A stretch of 64,000 nucleotides of DNA from an uncultured Parcubacteria group bacterium (GTDB lineage: Bacteria; Patescibacteriota; Patescibacteriia; UBA9934; CAMTUG01), in NCBI GenBank assembly GCA_947084965.1, contig CAMTUG010000001.1, positions 345,293 through 409,292 on the forward strand, given 5' to 3'. Shown here piece by piece: positions 1-8,395 of the stretch (the stretch's first letter is position 1; each line of letters starts with the position of its first letter). The notes under the pieces are model-generated. The model was given only the letters and a program-made list of their open reading frames with translations, was not told the origin of the DNA and searched no databases. The position numbers and the translations under genes are program-made.

Positions 1-162
1 GTCATCGCCATTTTTTCTGACAACGATCACTTTGTCCCGCTCGAGAACGTAGAATTTTTCAAAGACCGCCTCGGTGCAGAGACGATCGTTTTGCACGACC
101 GTGGCCATATGGGTGGGGGTGATGGGATTGCGGAGTTGCCCGAGGTTCTGAATGCGGTATAA
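1..162 (+). CDS. Partial (3' end) alpha/beta hydrolase, RBBP9/YdeN-like
   Basis: Frame 1 reads VIAIFSDNDHFVPLENVEFFKDRLGAETIVLHDRGHMGGGDG...*; SDND..VP and GH motifs match the catalytic Asp/His region of YdeN-type hydrolases. Confidence 0.7.
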   Translation, partial: VIAIFSDNDHFVPLENVEFFKDRLGAETIVLHDRGHMGGGDGIAELPEVLNAV

Positions 163-192
163 TCGTGGCCTCACGCACTTTCGTTTTACGTT

Positions 193-546
193 ATGATGAG
201 CCATGAAGAGATTTACAAGCGGATCCAGATCAACAAAAAAGAGCGGGCCGAAGCGGCCAAGATGATTCGCGACGAGTTGGCCAATAATGCCAAGTATCAG
301 GCGCTGGCCGAAGAAGCGAAGAAGATTCGTGAGGAGATGGCCTCGATCAAAAACGAAGTGCGCGCTTTTTCTGCCAGCGAAGCGCAGAAGTTAGATGATC
401 TGACCGAAGAGATCAAGACCGACATGCAGTTGCTCACGGACGCAACGATCACCAAGTTTATGGCCGGCGAAACGGTTGAGATCGTGGACGAATGGAATCA
501 AAAGTGGGTGCCGGCGTTTTCGGTGAAGTTCCAAAAGGATCGATAG
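193..546 (+). CDS. Hypothetical coiled-coil protein
   Basis: 117 aa helical, charged ORF with host-like codon usage; coupled to next gene by TAG-T-ATG. Confidence 0.75.
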   Translation: MMSHEEIYKRIQINKKERAEAAKMIRDELANNAKYQALAEEAKKIREEMASIKNEVRAFSASEAQKLDDLTEEIKTDMQLLTDATITKFMAGETVEIVDEWNQKWVPAFSVKFQKDR

Positions 547-547
547 T

Positions 548-1090
548 ATGCCGTGGAAAGTGCATTCAACAAAAGACGTTTATACGAGCAAATGGATGCG
601 CGTGACCGAAGACGAAGTCGAAACCGACTTTGGCAAGCGGCTGATGTATAACGTTTTGCATCGTACAGACTTTTCTCTCGTCATCCCGTGGGATGGGGAG
701 AAGTTTGTTCTTGTCGGACAGTATCGCTATCCGATCGACGCTTACTCCTGGGAGTTTCCGATGGGGAGCGCGGATGAGCATTCGCCGGATGAGGTCGCTG
801 CACGAGAGCTTGCTGAGGAAACCGGGATGACCGCTGGAGTCATGCAAAAGATCGGTATGTTTTATGTGGCCAATGGCCATTGTACGCAGGCCTGCCATGC
901 GTATCTGGCAACGGATCTCGTCGAGGGCGAACAGCATCTAGAAGCTGGCGAAGAAGGGATGGGAGTGAGGCGTGTCAGTTTTGATGCGTTGTCGCAGATG
1001 ATCAACGACGGGACGATCAAAGATGGTCCAACGATCTCCGCCTTTGCGTATCTGCACACGAGCGGTTGGGTCAAGAAGAACATTGGTTGA
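548..1090 (+). CDS. NUDIX hydrolase (ADP-ribose pyrophosphatase-like)
   Basis: QYRYP..WEFPMG..AARELAEETG Nudix box; DGPT motif near C-terminus. Confidence 0.9.
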   Translation: MPWKVHSTKDVYTSKWMRVTEDEVETDFGKRLMYNVLHRTDFSLVIPWDGEKFVLVGQYRYPIDAYSWEFPMGSADEHSPDEVAARELAEETGMTAGVMQKIGMFYVANGHCTQACHAYLATDLVEGEQHLEAGEEGMGVRRVSFDALSQMINDGTIKDGPTISAFAYLHTSGWVKKNIG

Positions 1091-1091
1091 T

Positions 1092-2078
1092 ATGTCAGGT
1101 CTTTATCAGCAGATTCTGGATGCCACCGCCGAACTTGATCAGAGTTTTTCTCAGATCCCTGATGAAGACCTGGTGCATTTTCACGCGTCGTTCGAAGTTC
1201 CGACATCACATCCACGAGCAAAGGTCCTTCAAGAATATACGTACGATGTTGCTCCGATGGAAACAGCGTTCGTGGATAAAAAAACGTTGGTGATTATTGA
1301 TGCGGCATTGCAGGACCTGCCGTGGGTTACGAAATCGATCCCTACAGATGCGACAGTTTATTGGATCACGCCCGTTGAATCAGAGACCAAAAACTGTGCT
1401 TGGATTGATGCGTTCATCGAAGAACACAAGCTCGAGAGCGCGGGGATTGAAGTTGTTGTGGCTGTCGGTGGGGGAATTATCACCAACGTTTCGGCGTACA
1501 TCGCTGAAAAGATTGGATCTGATTTGATCTATGTCCCGACTACGGTACTCTCCATGTCCGACGGAGCGATCGGGGGCAAAGTGCGGGCGAATCGTGTGGA
1601 AGGGGCTTCATACCAAAAGCACACGCACAAAAGTTTTTACGAACCGAACCGAATTGTCGTTGATTCGCGATTTCTCGAGGCATTGCCCGATGCACAGATT
1701 CGTGTCGGCATGGGGGAGATTATTAAGCACGGTGTGTATCAATCGCGCCCGCTGCTCCAGTTTCTTGCCTCGGATCAGTTTGATCCATTTAACGATCGTG
1801 CGGTCCTTCTTCGATCAATTCTTTGGGCCGCGGCGTTAAAAGCCGTGTGTTTGGATATTGATCCGGAGGAAACAAAAGAAGGTTCGCATATCATCATGCG
1901 TGGTGCGCACGAGGCGTCCGATAAGATCGAGGAAGGATCAAAGTTTACTATTCCTCACGGGACGGCGGTTGCTCTAGCGATTCGGAATGAACTCATGGCC
2001 TCAAAGAGCGAGCTTCTTCCGTATGTCGAAACGTGTTTCAAAAAGTTTCGAATTGCAGACGAGTATGTCCGAACTTAG
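1092..2078 (+). CDS. 3-dehydroquinate synthase-like (sugar phosphate cyclase family) protein, divergent
   Basis: AVGGGII, VPTTVLSMSDGAIGGK, GMGEIIKHG and HGTAVA motifs; start moved to ATG 1092 (TGA-T-ATG junction). Confidence 0.75.
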   Translation: MSGLYQQILDATAELDQSFSQIPDEDLVHFHASFEVPTSHPRAKVLQEYTYDVAPMETAFVDKKTLVIIDAALQDLPWVTKSIPTDATVYWITPVESETKNCAWIDAFIEEHKLESAGIEVVVAVGGGIITNVSAYIAEKIGSDLIYVPTTVLSMSDGAIGGKVRANRVEGASYQKHTHKSFYEPNRIVVDSRFLEALPDAQIRVGMGEIIKHGVYQSRPLLQFLASDQFDPFNDRAVLLRSILWAAALKAVCLDIDPEETKEGSHIIMRGAHEASDKIEEGSKFTIPHGTAVALAIRNELMASKSELLPYVETCFKKFRIADEYVRT

Positions 2079-2496
2079 GCCAAACAAACCAACAGTCGTC
2101 ATTTCCGTCATGGTGATGAAAGAGGGGAAGGTGCTGTTGAATTTTCGCAAAGGGAGTTTTGCGGCGGACAAGTTTGGGGTGGCGGGCGGGAAGCTCGACA
2201 ACATGGAGTCGTTTCAGGCTTGTGCAGAACGTGAATGTTATGAAGAGGCCGGAATCAAGATTGGGCCGGTGCGATTTGTCGGGGTGATGAATAATCATCT
2301 CCATAATCCGACGCATTTTGTGATGATCGGGGTGGTGGCCGACTGGGTAGAAGGAGAGCCGCAGGTGATGGAGCCGGAGAAGTGCGAGAGCTGGGGGTGG
2401 TATGACGTAGCTAACCCGCCGCTCCCGCTGACCGAGGTGAGCGCCTGGCTGATCAAGGCGTATCAATCTGGGGAAACGTATTTGGATGCCGCATAG
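2065..2496 (+). CDS. NUDIX hydrolase (NUDT15/MutT-like)
   Basis: GGKLDNMESFQACAERECYEEAG Nudix box plus EPEKCESWGW motif; start moved to 2065. Confidence 0.88.
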   Translation: MSELRPNKPTVVISVMVMKEGKVLLNFRKGSFAADKFGVAGGKLDNMESFQACAERECYEEAGIKIGPVRFVGVMNNHLHNPTHFVMIGVVADWVEGEPQVMEPEKCESWGWYDVANPPLPLTEVSAWLIKAYQSGETYLDAA

Positions 2497-2498
2497 TG

Positions 2499-2507
2499 TG
2501 GTAGGAT
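2499..2507 (+). promoter_or_regulatory. Extended -10 promoter (near-leaderless) for desaturase
   Basis: TGgTAGGAT ending 8 nt before ATG 2516, no SD. Confidence 0.5.
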
Positions 2508-2515
2508 AGTAACGT

Positions 2516-3499
2516 ATGAAATTTCACGGCTATTCCTTGGCGATCCCGTTTTTGTTGATCCACCTGATGCCGTTCTTCGCCATTTTTACTGGAGTGACGT
2601 GGTTTAGTGTCTTCCTCTGCGCTGTGCTCTATGCCGCGCGGATGTTTTTTATCACCGCTGGTTACCATCGCTACTTTTCGCACCGAACGTACAAACTCGG
2701 CCGGGTGGCCCAGTTTGTGATGGCCCTTGGGGGTACGCTCGCCTGGCAGAAGGGGCCGCTGTGGTGGGCGGCGCATCATCGCAATCATCATCAGTTCTCG
2801 GACACGGATCGTGACATGCATTCACCGACCAAGGGGTTTTGGTGGAGTCATATCGGTTGGATCTTGTCTGAGAAGTCCAAAACCGTTTCGTTTGACAACA
2901 TTCAGGATCTGACCAAGTTCCCGGAACTGCGTTGGCTGGATCGCCATTTTATTTTTCCGTCCGTGATCCTCGGTGCGGTGGTTTTCTTGCTCTGGGGCGC
3001 GAGTGCGTTATTCATCGGTTTCTTCCTCTCGGCTGTACTCGTGAGCCACAACACCTTTTTCATCAACTCTCTGGCCCACGTGTTCGGTCGTCGTCGTTTT
3101 GCTACGCCGGACGCCAGCCGCAACAACTTCTTCCTTGCACTCGCCACATTTGGTGAAGGCTGGCACAACAATCACCATCACTTTATGGCCTCCGCTCGCC
3201 AAGGATTTTTCTGGTGGGAGCTTGATCTGACGTATTATGTGCTGAAGGCACTTTCTTGGATCAACGTCGTCCGTGACTTACACGTGCCACCGAAGATCGT
3301 CCTGATGAAAGACCGCATCATCAGCCGCGCCCACGACATCGGACTTCTTGAATTTAAGCTGACCAAAGCTCGTGCCGCCCTTGCTCGCGTCAAACTCCGT
3401 GCCGGCAAGGTGTACGAACGTCGGCGTGCGCAAGTTGAGTATCTTGAGTCTGAATTGCGTCGTATGATTCATTCAAATACCCAGGTTCGTGCGGTATGA
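2516..3499 (+). CDS. Membrane-bound fatty acid (delta-9 acyl-CoA/lipid) desaturase
   Basis: Three His boxes (HRYFSH, HRNHH, HNNHH), TM segments, GEGWHNNHH and WWELD motifs. Confidence 0.93.
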   Translation: MKFHGYSLAIPFLLIHLMPFFAIFTGVTWFSVFLCAVLYAARMFFITAGYHRYFSHRTYKLGRVAQFVMALGGTLAWQKGPLWWAAHHRNHHQFSDTDRDMHSPTKGFWWSHIGWILSEKSKTVSFDNIQDLTKFPELRWLDRHFIFPSVILGAVVFLLWGASALFIGFFLSAVLVSHNTFFINSLAHVFGRRRFATPDASRNNFFLALATFGEGWHNNHHHFMASARQGFFWWELDLTYYVLKALSWINVVRDLHVPPKIVLMKDRIISRAHDIGLLEFKLTKARAALARVKLRAGKVYERRRAQVEYLESELRRMIHSNTQVRAV

Positions 3500-3747
3500 A
3501 ACTTCGCCCAACGACAATGACCGAAGCGCTTGGTTGGATCGGCGTGGTCGCTATTTTGGCCGCTTACGCCCTCCTTACTCTACGCATTTGGAGTAATACC
3601 AGCATGCTGTATTTTGTTTTCAATGGTATCGGTGCGGTCGGAATTCTCATCGATGCCTTGGCTCAAAAAAATTGGCAGCCCGCCGTCCTTAATCTTTTTT
3701 GGTTGATTCTCGCCGTTATCGGCGCGATCTCATCTATCGTCCTATGA
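3496..3747 (+). CDS. Small three-TM membrane protein
   Basis: 83 aa hydrophobic; GWIG..L.AY.L pattern; ATGA overlap with neighbours. Confidence 0.75.
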   Translation: MKLRPTTMTEALGWIGVVAILAAYALLTLRIWSNTSMLYFVFNGIGAVGILIDALAQKNWQPAVLNLFWLILAVIGAISSIVL

Positions 3748-4496
3748 CCAGTCTTCAGCGATCCGTTCGTCAGTGGACCGTTTCGTTCCTCGTGATTGAT
3801 GCCGCCTTTTGGCTGTGGGTGATCGGGACCTGCCTCTTTAATAACCTGGAGTGTGCGGATACCTGGGCGTTTGGAAGTTATTTCTATTACCTCCCATTTT
3901 CAACGATCAACTTTCCTTGGTACGCCAGCGTGACGACGCAAACCGGAGTCGTGGTCGCCAGCTTCCTGACGCTCGTTGCCTGTCACGCCGCGGTTGGTGC
4001 CGTCATTGGTTGGTTGATGAAAGACAAGGCGTTATCCTGGGTGAAATCGATCTTGATCTCATTTGCGATCGTGTTGATCGCCGGTTTTGTACAAGGTTCT
4101 ATCGCTACAACCCAAGAGATCGAACGCGAAACATACACCCAGCTTTGGTCCGTTTATGAAATCGATGAGTCATCCGTGACGTTTAAGGTAGCAGAGTGGC
4201 AGGTTGACGCGGATGTGAACACACCGTTTTATGTGGAAGAAGAGGGTGAGAATTGGCAGGCGCTTGAGAACACAGAGCAGACCGTGGTCAAAGTTCTCTG
4301 TATGTCGGACCGTTGTAAGCAGGAAGAGGACAGCTACGAAGTGATGACCTTTGACGAATACCTCGCCGCGCGCCGCGCCTGTCTCGACGCACCGATCGAC
4401 TGCGCTTACTACAGCATTCACGTCACCCCAGATCTGTTCGACGTGACCTACAACCCGACCGGAATCGTCTTGATGCAAGAACGGTATTTGCCATAA
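3744..4496 (+). CDS. Hypothetical membrane protein with acidic C-terminal extracytoplasmic domain
   Basis: Several TM helices then acidic domain with Cys pairs; start moved to 3744 (ATGA overlap). Confidence 0.7.
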   Translation: MTSLQRSVRQWTVSFLVIDAAFWLWVIGTCLFNNLECADTWAFGSYFYYLPFSTINFPWYASVTTQTGVVVASFLTLVACHAAVGAVIGWLMKDKALSWVKSILISFAIVLIAGFVQGSIATTQEIERETYTQLWSVYEIDESSVTFKVAEWQVDADVNTPFYVEEEGENWQALENTEQTVVKVLCMSDRCKQEEDSYEVMTFDEYLAARRACLDAPIDCAYYSIHVTPDLFDVTYNPTGIVLMQERYLP

Positions 4497-4498
4497 CT

Positions 4499-4966
4499 AT
4501 GGCACTAAAAGTTGGAGACAAGGCCCCAGGGTTCGAGCTTCCTGATCAAGACGGAAAGTTGCACACGCTCAAAGAGTACGCGGGGAAGTTTGTATTGCTC
4601 TATTTTTATCCGAAAGATGATACTCCGGGGTGTACCAAAGAGGCCTGTACGATTCGCGATAACTACGGAGCGTTTAAGAAAGCAGGGATCGTTGTGTTAG
4701 GTGCTTCCGTTGATCCGGTGAAAAAGCACAAAAAGTTTGTGGAGAAGTATGATCTTCCGTTCACGCTTTTAGCTGATGAGGAGAAAACGTTAGTCAACGA
4801 TTACGGCGTTTGGGGGAAGAAAAAGTTCATGGGTCGTGAGTACATGGGGATCAAACGCTGGTCGTTTTTGATTGATCCGAAGGGCAAAATTGCGAAAGTC
4901 TATGAAGATGTAAAGCCGGCTGATCACGCGGAGGAGGTGTTGGCGGATGTAAACGCGTTGGTATGA
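4499..4966 (+). CDS. bcp: Thioredoxin-dependent peroxiredoxin Bcp
   Basis: YFYPKDDTPGCTKEAC motif. Confidence 0.95.
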   Translation: MALKVGDKAPGFELPDQDGKLHTLKEYAGKFVLLYFYPKDDTPGCTKEACTIRDNYGAFKKAGIVVLGASVDPVKKHKKFVEKYDLPFTLLADEEKTLVNDYGVWGKKKFMGREYMGIKRWSFLIDPKGKIAKVYEDVKPADHAEEVLADVNALV

Positions 4967-5577
4967 AGCTACTAATGATCGATTTTGACGGTGTGTTTGT
5001 CGATTCATTTGAATTGTCGTACGCCGCGAGCATCAAGTCCTCAGGGAAAGAAGTCCCGCGCGAAGAGTATCGCACCTGGTTTCATGGAAATATCTTCGAG
5101 CACTTCGAGGTCGTGAAACAAACCCAGAAAGCCAAACCATCGGCAGAGAATCTGTTTTTCAAACTGTACACGCCGGCGTTGATGGAAGTTCTGCCCGTTG
5201 AGGGGATGAAGGAGTTGGCGCGCGAACTCTCGTCGAAGTATGCGCTGTCAATCGTCTCTTCCACGATCAACGCCCCTTTGCGACAGTATTTACATTTGCA
5301 TGACTTGGGGCAGTTCTTCGACACAATTTTGGGTGGCGATGTGCACACCAGCAAAGTGTTCAAGATCAACATGCTGAAGGAGTTGTATCAGGTCGCTCCG
5401 GAAGATTGTTTGTTCATCACCGACACTCTCGGTGACATTCGTGAAGCGACCAAGTGTGGGGTGCGTTCGATCGCAGTCAGTTGGGGATTTCATGATAAAG
5501 AAACGCTGAAGCAAGGAGAGCCGTCGGCTATTGTAGATTCTCCGGATGAACTCCGTCGAGCCATCGAGGGGATCTAA
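4963..5577 (+). CDS. HAD-family hydrolase (phosphoglycolate phosphatase-like)
   Basis: DFDGVFVDS motif I; FITDTLGDIREA motif IV; WGF. Confidence 0.9.
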   Translation: MKLLMIDFDGVFVDSFELSYAASIKSSGKEVPREEYRTWFHGNIFEHFEVVKQTQKAKPSAENLFFKLYTPALMEVLPVEGMKELARELSSKYALSIVSSTINAPLRQYLHLHDLGQFFDTILGGDVHTSKVFKINMLKELYQVAPEDCLFITDTLGDIREATKCGVRSIAVSWGFHDKETLKQGEPSAIVDSPDELRRAIEGI

Positions 5578-5610
5578 ACGATGAACGGACCCGCGAGTGG
5601 CGCGAGTCCG

Positions 5611-5988
5611 TCATTTGTTGTGCTTGGCCCGAGGGACGTCTTGCCCGCGGCGGAGAAGGACGAGCTCGAGAACGATGAGCTGCTTGCCTTCAGGGATGTC
5701 GCCGAAGGTGTCGACGAAGTAGAGCTCTGTGGTCCTTCGATCGCCGTGGTCGAGGGCCGTCAGATCCTCGTGCGCCAGGAGTTCCTCGAGCGTCGGATAT
5801 CTCCGGATGGCCGTCACCAGGCAGGTGCAGGCGTAGTCGCCGCTGCAGATGGTGATCTTCTCGTTGGCCTGGTGTCGGACAAAGACCGTTTCATCCAGGC
5901 GGACCAGGAGGCGCTTGCGGCCTTCTTTGATCGCTTGGAGGGCCCCCTTTTTGACGTGGAGGCGCCACGGGTGTTTTTTGTGACCCAT
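5611..5988 (-). CDS. ASCH/PUA-like domain protein
   Basis: LHVKKGALQAIKEGRKRLLVRL...VTAIRRYPTLEELL resembles ASCH; start at 5988 preceded by AGGAGG; GC-rich codons. Confidence 0.65.
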   Translation of the reverse strand: MGHKKHPWRLHVKKGALQAIKEGRKRLLVRLDETVFVRHQANEKITICSGDYACTCLVTAIRRYPTLEELLAHEDLTALDHGDRRTTELYFVDTFGDIPEGKQLIVLELVLLRRGQDVPRAKHNK

Positions 5989-6011
5989 AAGACCTCCTGG
6001 TGGGACAGGGG

Positions 6012-6039
6012 AGAGTAGCATGTTTGGCGCTAAAGTCAA
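6012..6039 (-). promoter_or_regulatory. Sigma70-like promoter for ASCH-like gene
   Basis: Minus strand TTGACT-16nt-(TGc)TACTCT. Confidence 0.55.
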
Positions 6040-6076
6040 TGCTAGGCTAAAGTTAGCCAAGAAGTAGGCTTTTCCC

Positions 6077-6105
6077 TTGACAAATAGCCCTGAATCGTGT
6101 ATTCT
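6077..6105 (+). promoter_or_regulatory. Sigma70-like promoter
   Basis: TTGACA-17nt-TATTCT. Confidence 0.7.
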
Positions 6106-6111
6106 GGTGTT

Positions 6112-6262
6112 ATTGCAATCGATGCATCGATACGTTTGAACGGTTCCAACGCGATAGGGAGCAATCCAAGGATCTTCGACAGGATTTAGTAACACAGTTT
6201 ACGCCTGACCGACATTCGCCTTTCAAACCCGCCCCGGCCCTTGTGGCCGGGGATTTGGTTTT
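6112..6262 (+). ncRNA. Candidate small structured RNA
   Basis: Between a consensus promoter and a terminator-like hairpin; GTTTGAA/TTCAAAC and CGGTT/GACCG pairings, GGA-GCAA-TCC tetraloop hairpin. Confidence 0.4.
6232..6262 (+). terminator. Intrinsic terminator-like hairpin
   Basis: CCCCGGCC-CTTGT-GGCCGGGG followed by ATTTGGTTTT. Confidence 0.6.
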
Positions 6263-6264
6263 AT

Positions 6265-6389
6265 CGGACTTTGCAAAATTTGCGATCTGTCGGTTTGCGG
6301 GTCCCTGCTCGCTCGTCATCGTACCTTTTAGTACGTCTCCGAGCTCGCTGTCCCGCGCACCGACATCTCATCAAATTTTGCAAAGTCCG
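6265..6389. repeat. 125-bp palindromic element (MITE/REP-like) with 18-bp perfect terminal inverted repeats
   Basis: CGGACTTTGCAAAATTTG ... CAAATTTTGCAAAGTCCG enclosing an imperfect nested stem. Confidence 0.8.
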
Positions 6390-6413
6390 TAATCCGCGCT
6401 AAGATCACCGGGT

Positions 6414-6965
6414 ATGAAGGAATTTGAAACGCGTGTTTTAGGGATTAATAAGGCGGAGCTCGCTAAAAAGCTCGAAGCGCTCGGGGCGAAGAAGGTGAAG
6501 GACGTTCTTCAGAAACGGATCACCTTTGATTATCCGGATCGCCGATTGGACGCCAAGAATGCCTTTATTCGTGTGCGCGATAACGGCTCAGGAAAAGTTG
6601 AGCTTGCGTACAAACGTAATCCACTCAGCTCCGAAGCTGGGGTGAGTGCAAGTGAAGAGATTGAGCTTGAAATTTCGGACATGGGCAAAGCAAAAGCCTT
6701 TTTTGAAGCGATCGGATTGGACGCAAAACAACTGATTGAGACGAAACGCATTACCTACACACTTGATGATTTAACGTTCGATATTGATGAGTGGCCGCTC
6801 CTTCCTCCGTTCGTCGAGGTCGAGGGTCCAAATGAGGCCCGTGTAATGGAAGGCGTCGCTCTCCTTGGATTCACAGAAGCGGATACGTTTCAAGGGGATG
6901 CGGGAAGTATGTATGACCAGAAAGGGATTGATTGGAAGGCGATGAAGGTGATTGCGTTCGATTAG
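6414..6965 (+). CDS. CYTH-domain protein (class IV adenylate cyclase-like)
   Basis: EFETR N-terminal ExExK-like motif, IRVR, EEIE, KRITY, FVEVEG. Confidence 0.88.
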   Translation: MKEFETRVLGINKAELAKKLEALGAKKVKDVLQKRITFDYPDRRLDAKNAFIRVRDNGSGKVELAYKRNPLSSEAGVSASEEIELEISDMGKAKAFFEAIGLDAKQLIETKRITYTLDDLTFDIDEWPLLPPFVEVEGPNEARVMEGVALLGFTEADTFQGDAGSMYDQKGIDWKAMKVIAFD

Positions 6966-6966
6966 T

Positions 6967-7539
6967 ATGGGTACATTGATTTTGGTGCGGCATGGGGAAT
7001 CAGAATGGAATAAGTTGGGGCTGTGGACGGGGCATACGGATGTGGGTCTTACCGATCTCGGCATCGAGCAAGCGCGGACGGCGGCGGAGCAATTGCGTGA
7101 TCTGGAAGTGCACATCTGTCACACCTCGTCGCTCGGCCGTGTGAAGCGCACTTGGGAGCTGATTCGCGATCACCTCGGTTGGCACCATGTCGATCATCGG
7201 GTGCATGACGCGACGATCGAGCGCGATTACGGAGAACTGACAGGCAAGAACAAATGGCAGATTCAGGCCGAAGTCGGAGAGGAGCTGTTTCAAAAGATTC
7301 GTCGTAGTTGGGATTATCCGGTGCCGGGCGGAGAGACGTTGAAAGATGTGCATACGCGCATGTTGCCGTATTTTGAAACGTGTATTCGGCCGGATGTGGC
7401 GGCGGGGAAGAACGTCATGCTCTGCTCACACGGCAACACCCTCAGAGCACTGGTCAAGCACCTGGAAGAGATCTCTGATGCAGATGTAGCGGCGCTTGAA
7501 ATCGGTTTTGGCGAGGTGCGAACGTATGTGATAGAGTAA
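6967..7539 (+). CDS. gpmA: 2,3-BPG-dependent phosphoglycerate mutase
   Basis: LILVRHGESEWN, ERDYGELTGKNK, SHGNTLRALVK. Confidence 0.92.
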   Translation: MGTLILVRHGESEWNKLGLWTGHTDVGLTDLGIEQARTAAEQLRDLEVHICHTSSLGRVKRTWELIRDHLGWHHVDHRVHDATIERDYGELTGKNKWQIQAEVGEELFQKIRRSWDYPVPGGETLKDVHTRMLPYFETCIRPDVAAGKNVMLCSHGNTLRALVKHLEEISDADVAALEIGFGEVRTYVIE

Positions 7540-7545
7540 TCGCAT

Positions 7546-7917
7546 ATGGCAAAACGCATTTTAATTATTGATGACGAAGTGCAGATTCGTGACCTACTCA
7601 AGTTGATGCTCGTCAAGGAGGGATTCGAAGTGATCGAAGCTGATAACGCCGGGGTTGGCTACGAAACGGCTTGTGCCCAAAAACCGGATCTGATTATCTC
7701 GGACATTATCATGCCGGGCGGTGACGGGCTGACCATGATCGGTCAGATTCGCGAGCATGCCGCCTGCAAAAAAACGCCGATCATCGTCCTTTCCAACCTG
7801 GACGACGAAGGCAGTGTCCAGATCGCAAACGACAGCGGTGTTTCTTGCTTCATCGTCAAAACGAATCTTGTTCCAGAGGTGATCATCCCTAAAGTCAAAG
7901 AGCTGCTCGGTCTTTAA
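7546..7917 (+). CDS. Single-domain response regulator
   Basis: ILIIDDE, DLIISDIIMPGGDG, conserved Lys. Confidence 0.92.
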   Translation: MAKRILIIDDEVQIRDLLKLMLVKEGFEVIEADNAGVGYETACAQKPDLIISDIIMPGGDGLTMIGQIREHAACKKTPIIVLSNLDDEGSVQIANDSGVSCFIVKTNLVPEVIIPKVKELLGL

Positions 7918-7935
7918 TTCTTCGCGTTCAACGCT

Positions 7936-8355
7936 ATGCAAATCGTGGAGGTCAATATCGTGGCGGCCCTTGTGGCCACCGTCGTTGCGTTCGTGGTCGG
8001 AGGGCTGTGGTATTCACCGCTGTTGTTCGGCAAGATGTGGATGAAGGAGATGAAGGCGACGGATGCGGATATCAAAAAGGCAAAAGAGAAAGGGATGGCA
8101 AAAGAGTACGCGCTGCAGTTTGTGGGAACCTTTTTAACGGCGTATGTGTTTGCTCATGTCCTTGCCTATGCAGAGGCCGTTCATGTAAACGAAGCGTTGC
8201 AAGGGGCGTTTTGGATGTGGCTCGGGTTTATCGTTCCCCTACAAATTGCTGCGATCGCTTGGACCAAGAAGAGCTGGACCTGGTTTGCTATTGATGGCGG
8301 ACACTACCTTGTGAGCTTGCTTGCCATGGCTGTTGTTTTGACCTGGATGTCGTAG
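7936..8355 (+). CDS. DUF1761-like membrane protein
   Basis: GGLWYSPLLFGKMW motif, four TM helices. Confidence 0.8.
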   Translation: MQIVEVNIVAALVATVVAFVVGGLWYSPLLFGKMWMKEMKATDADIKKAKEKGMAKEYALQFVGTFLTAYVFAHVLAYAEAVHVNEALQGAFWMWLGFIVPLQIAAIAWTKKSWTWFAIDGGHYLVSLLAMAVVLTWMS

Positions 8356-8395
8356 TTGCGAGATTTTCATAGGCCGAGTAGAATAGCGACGTTCT

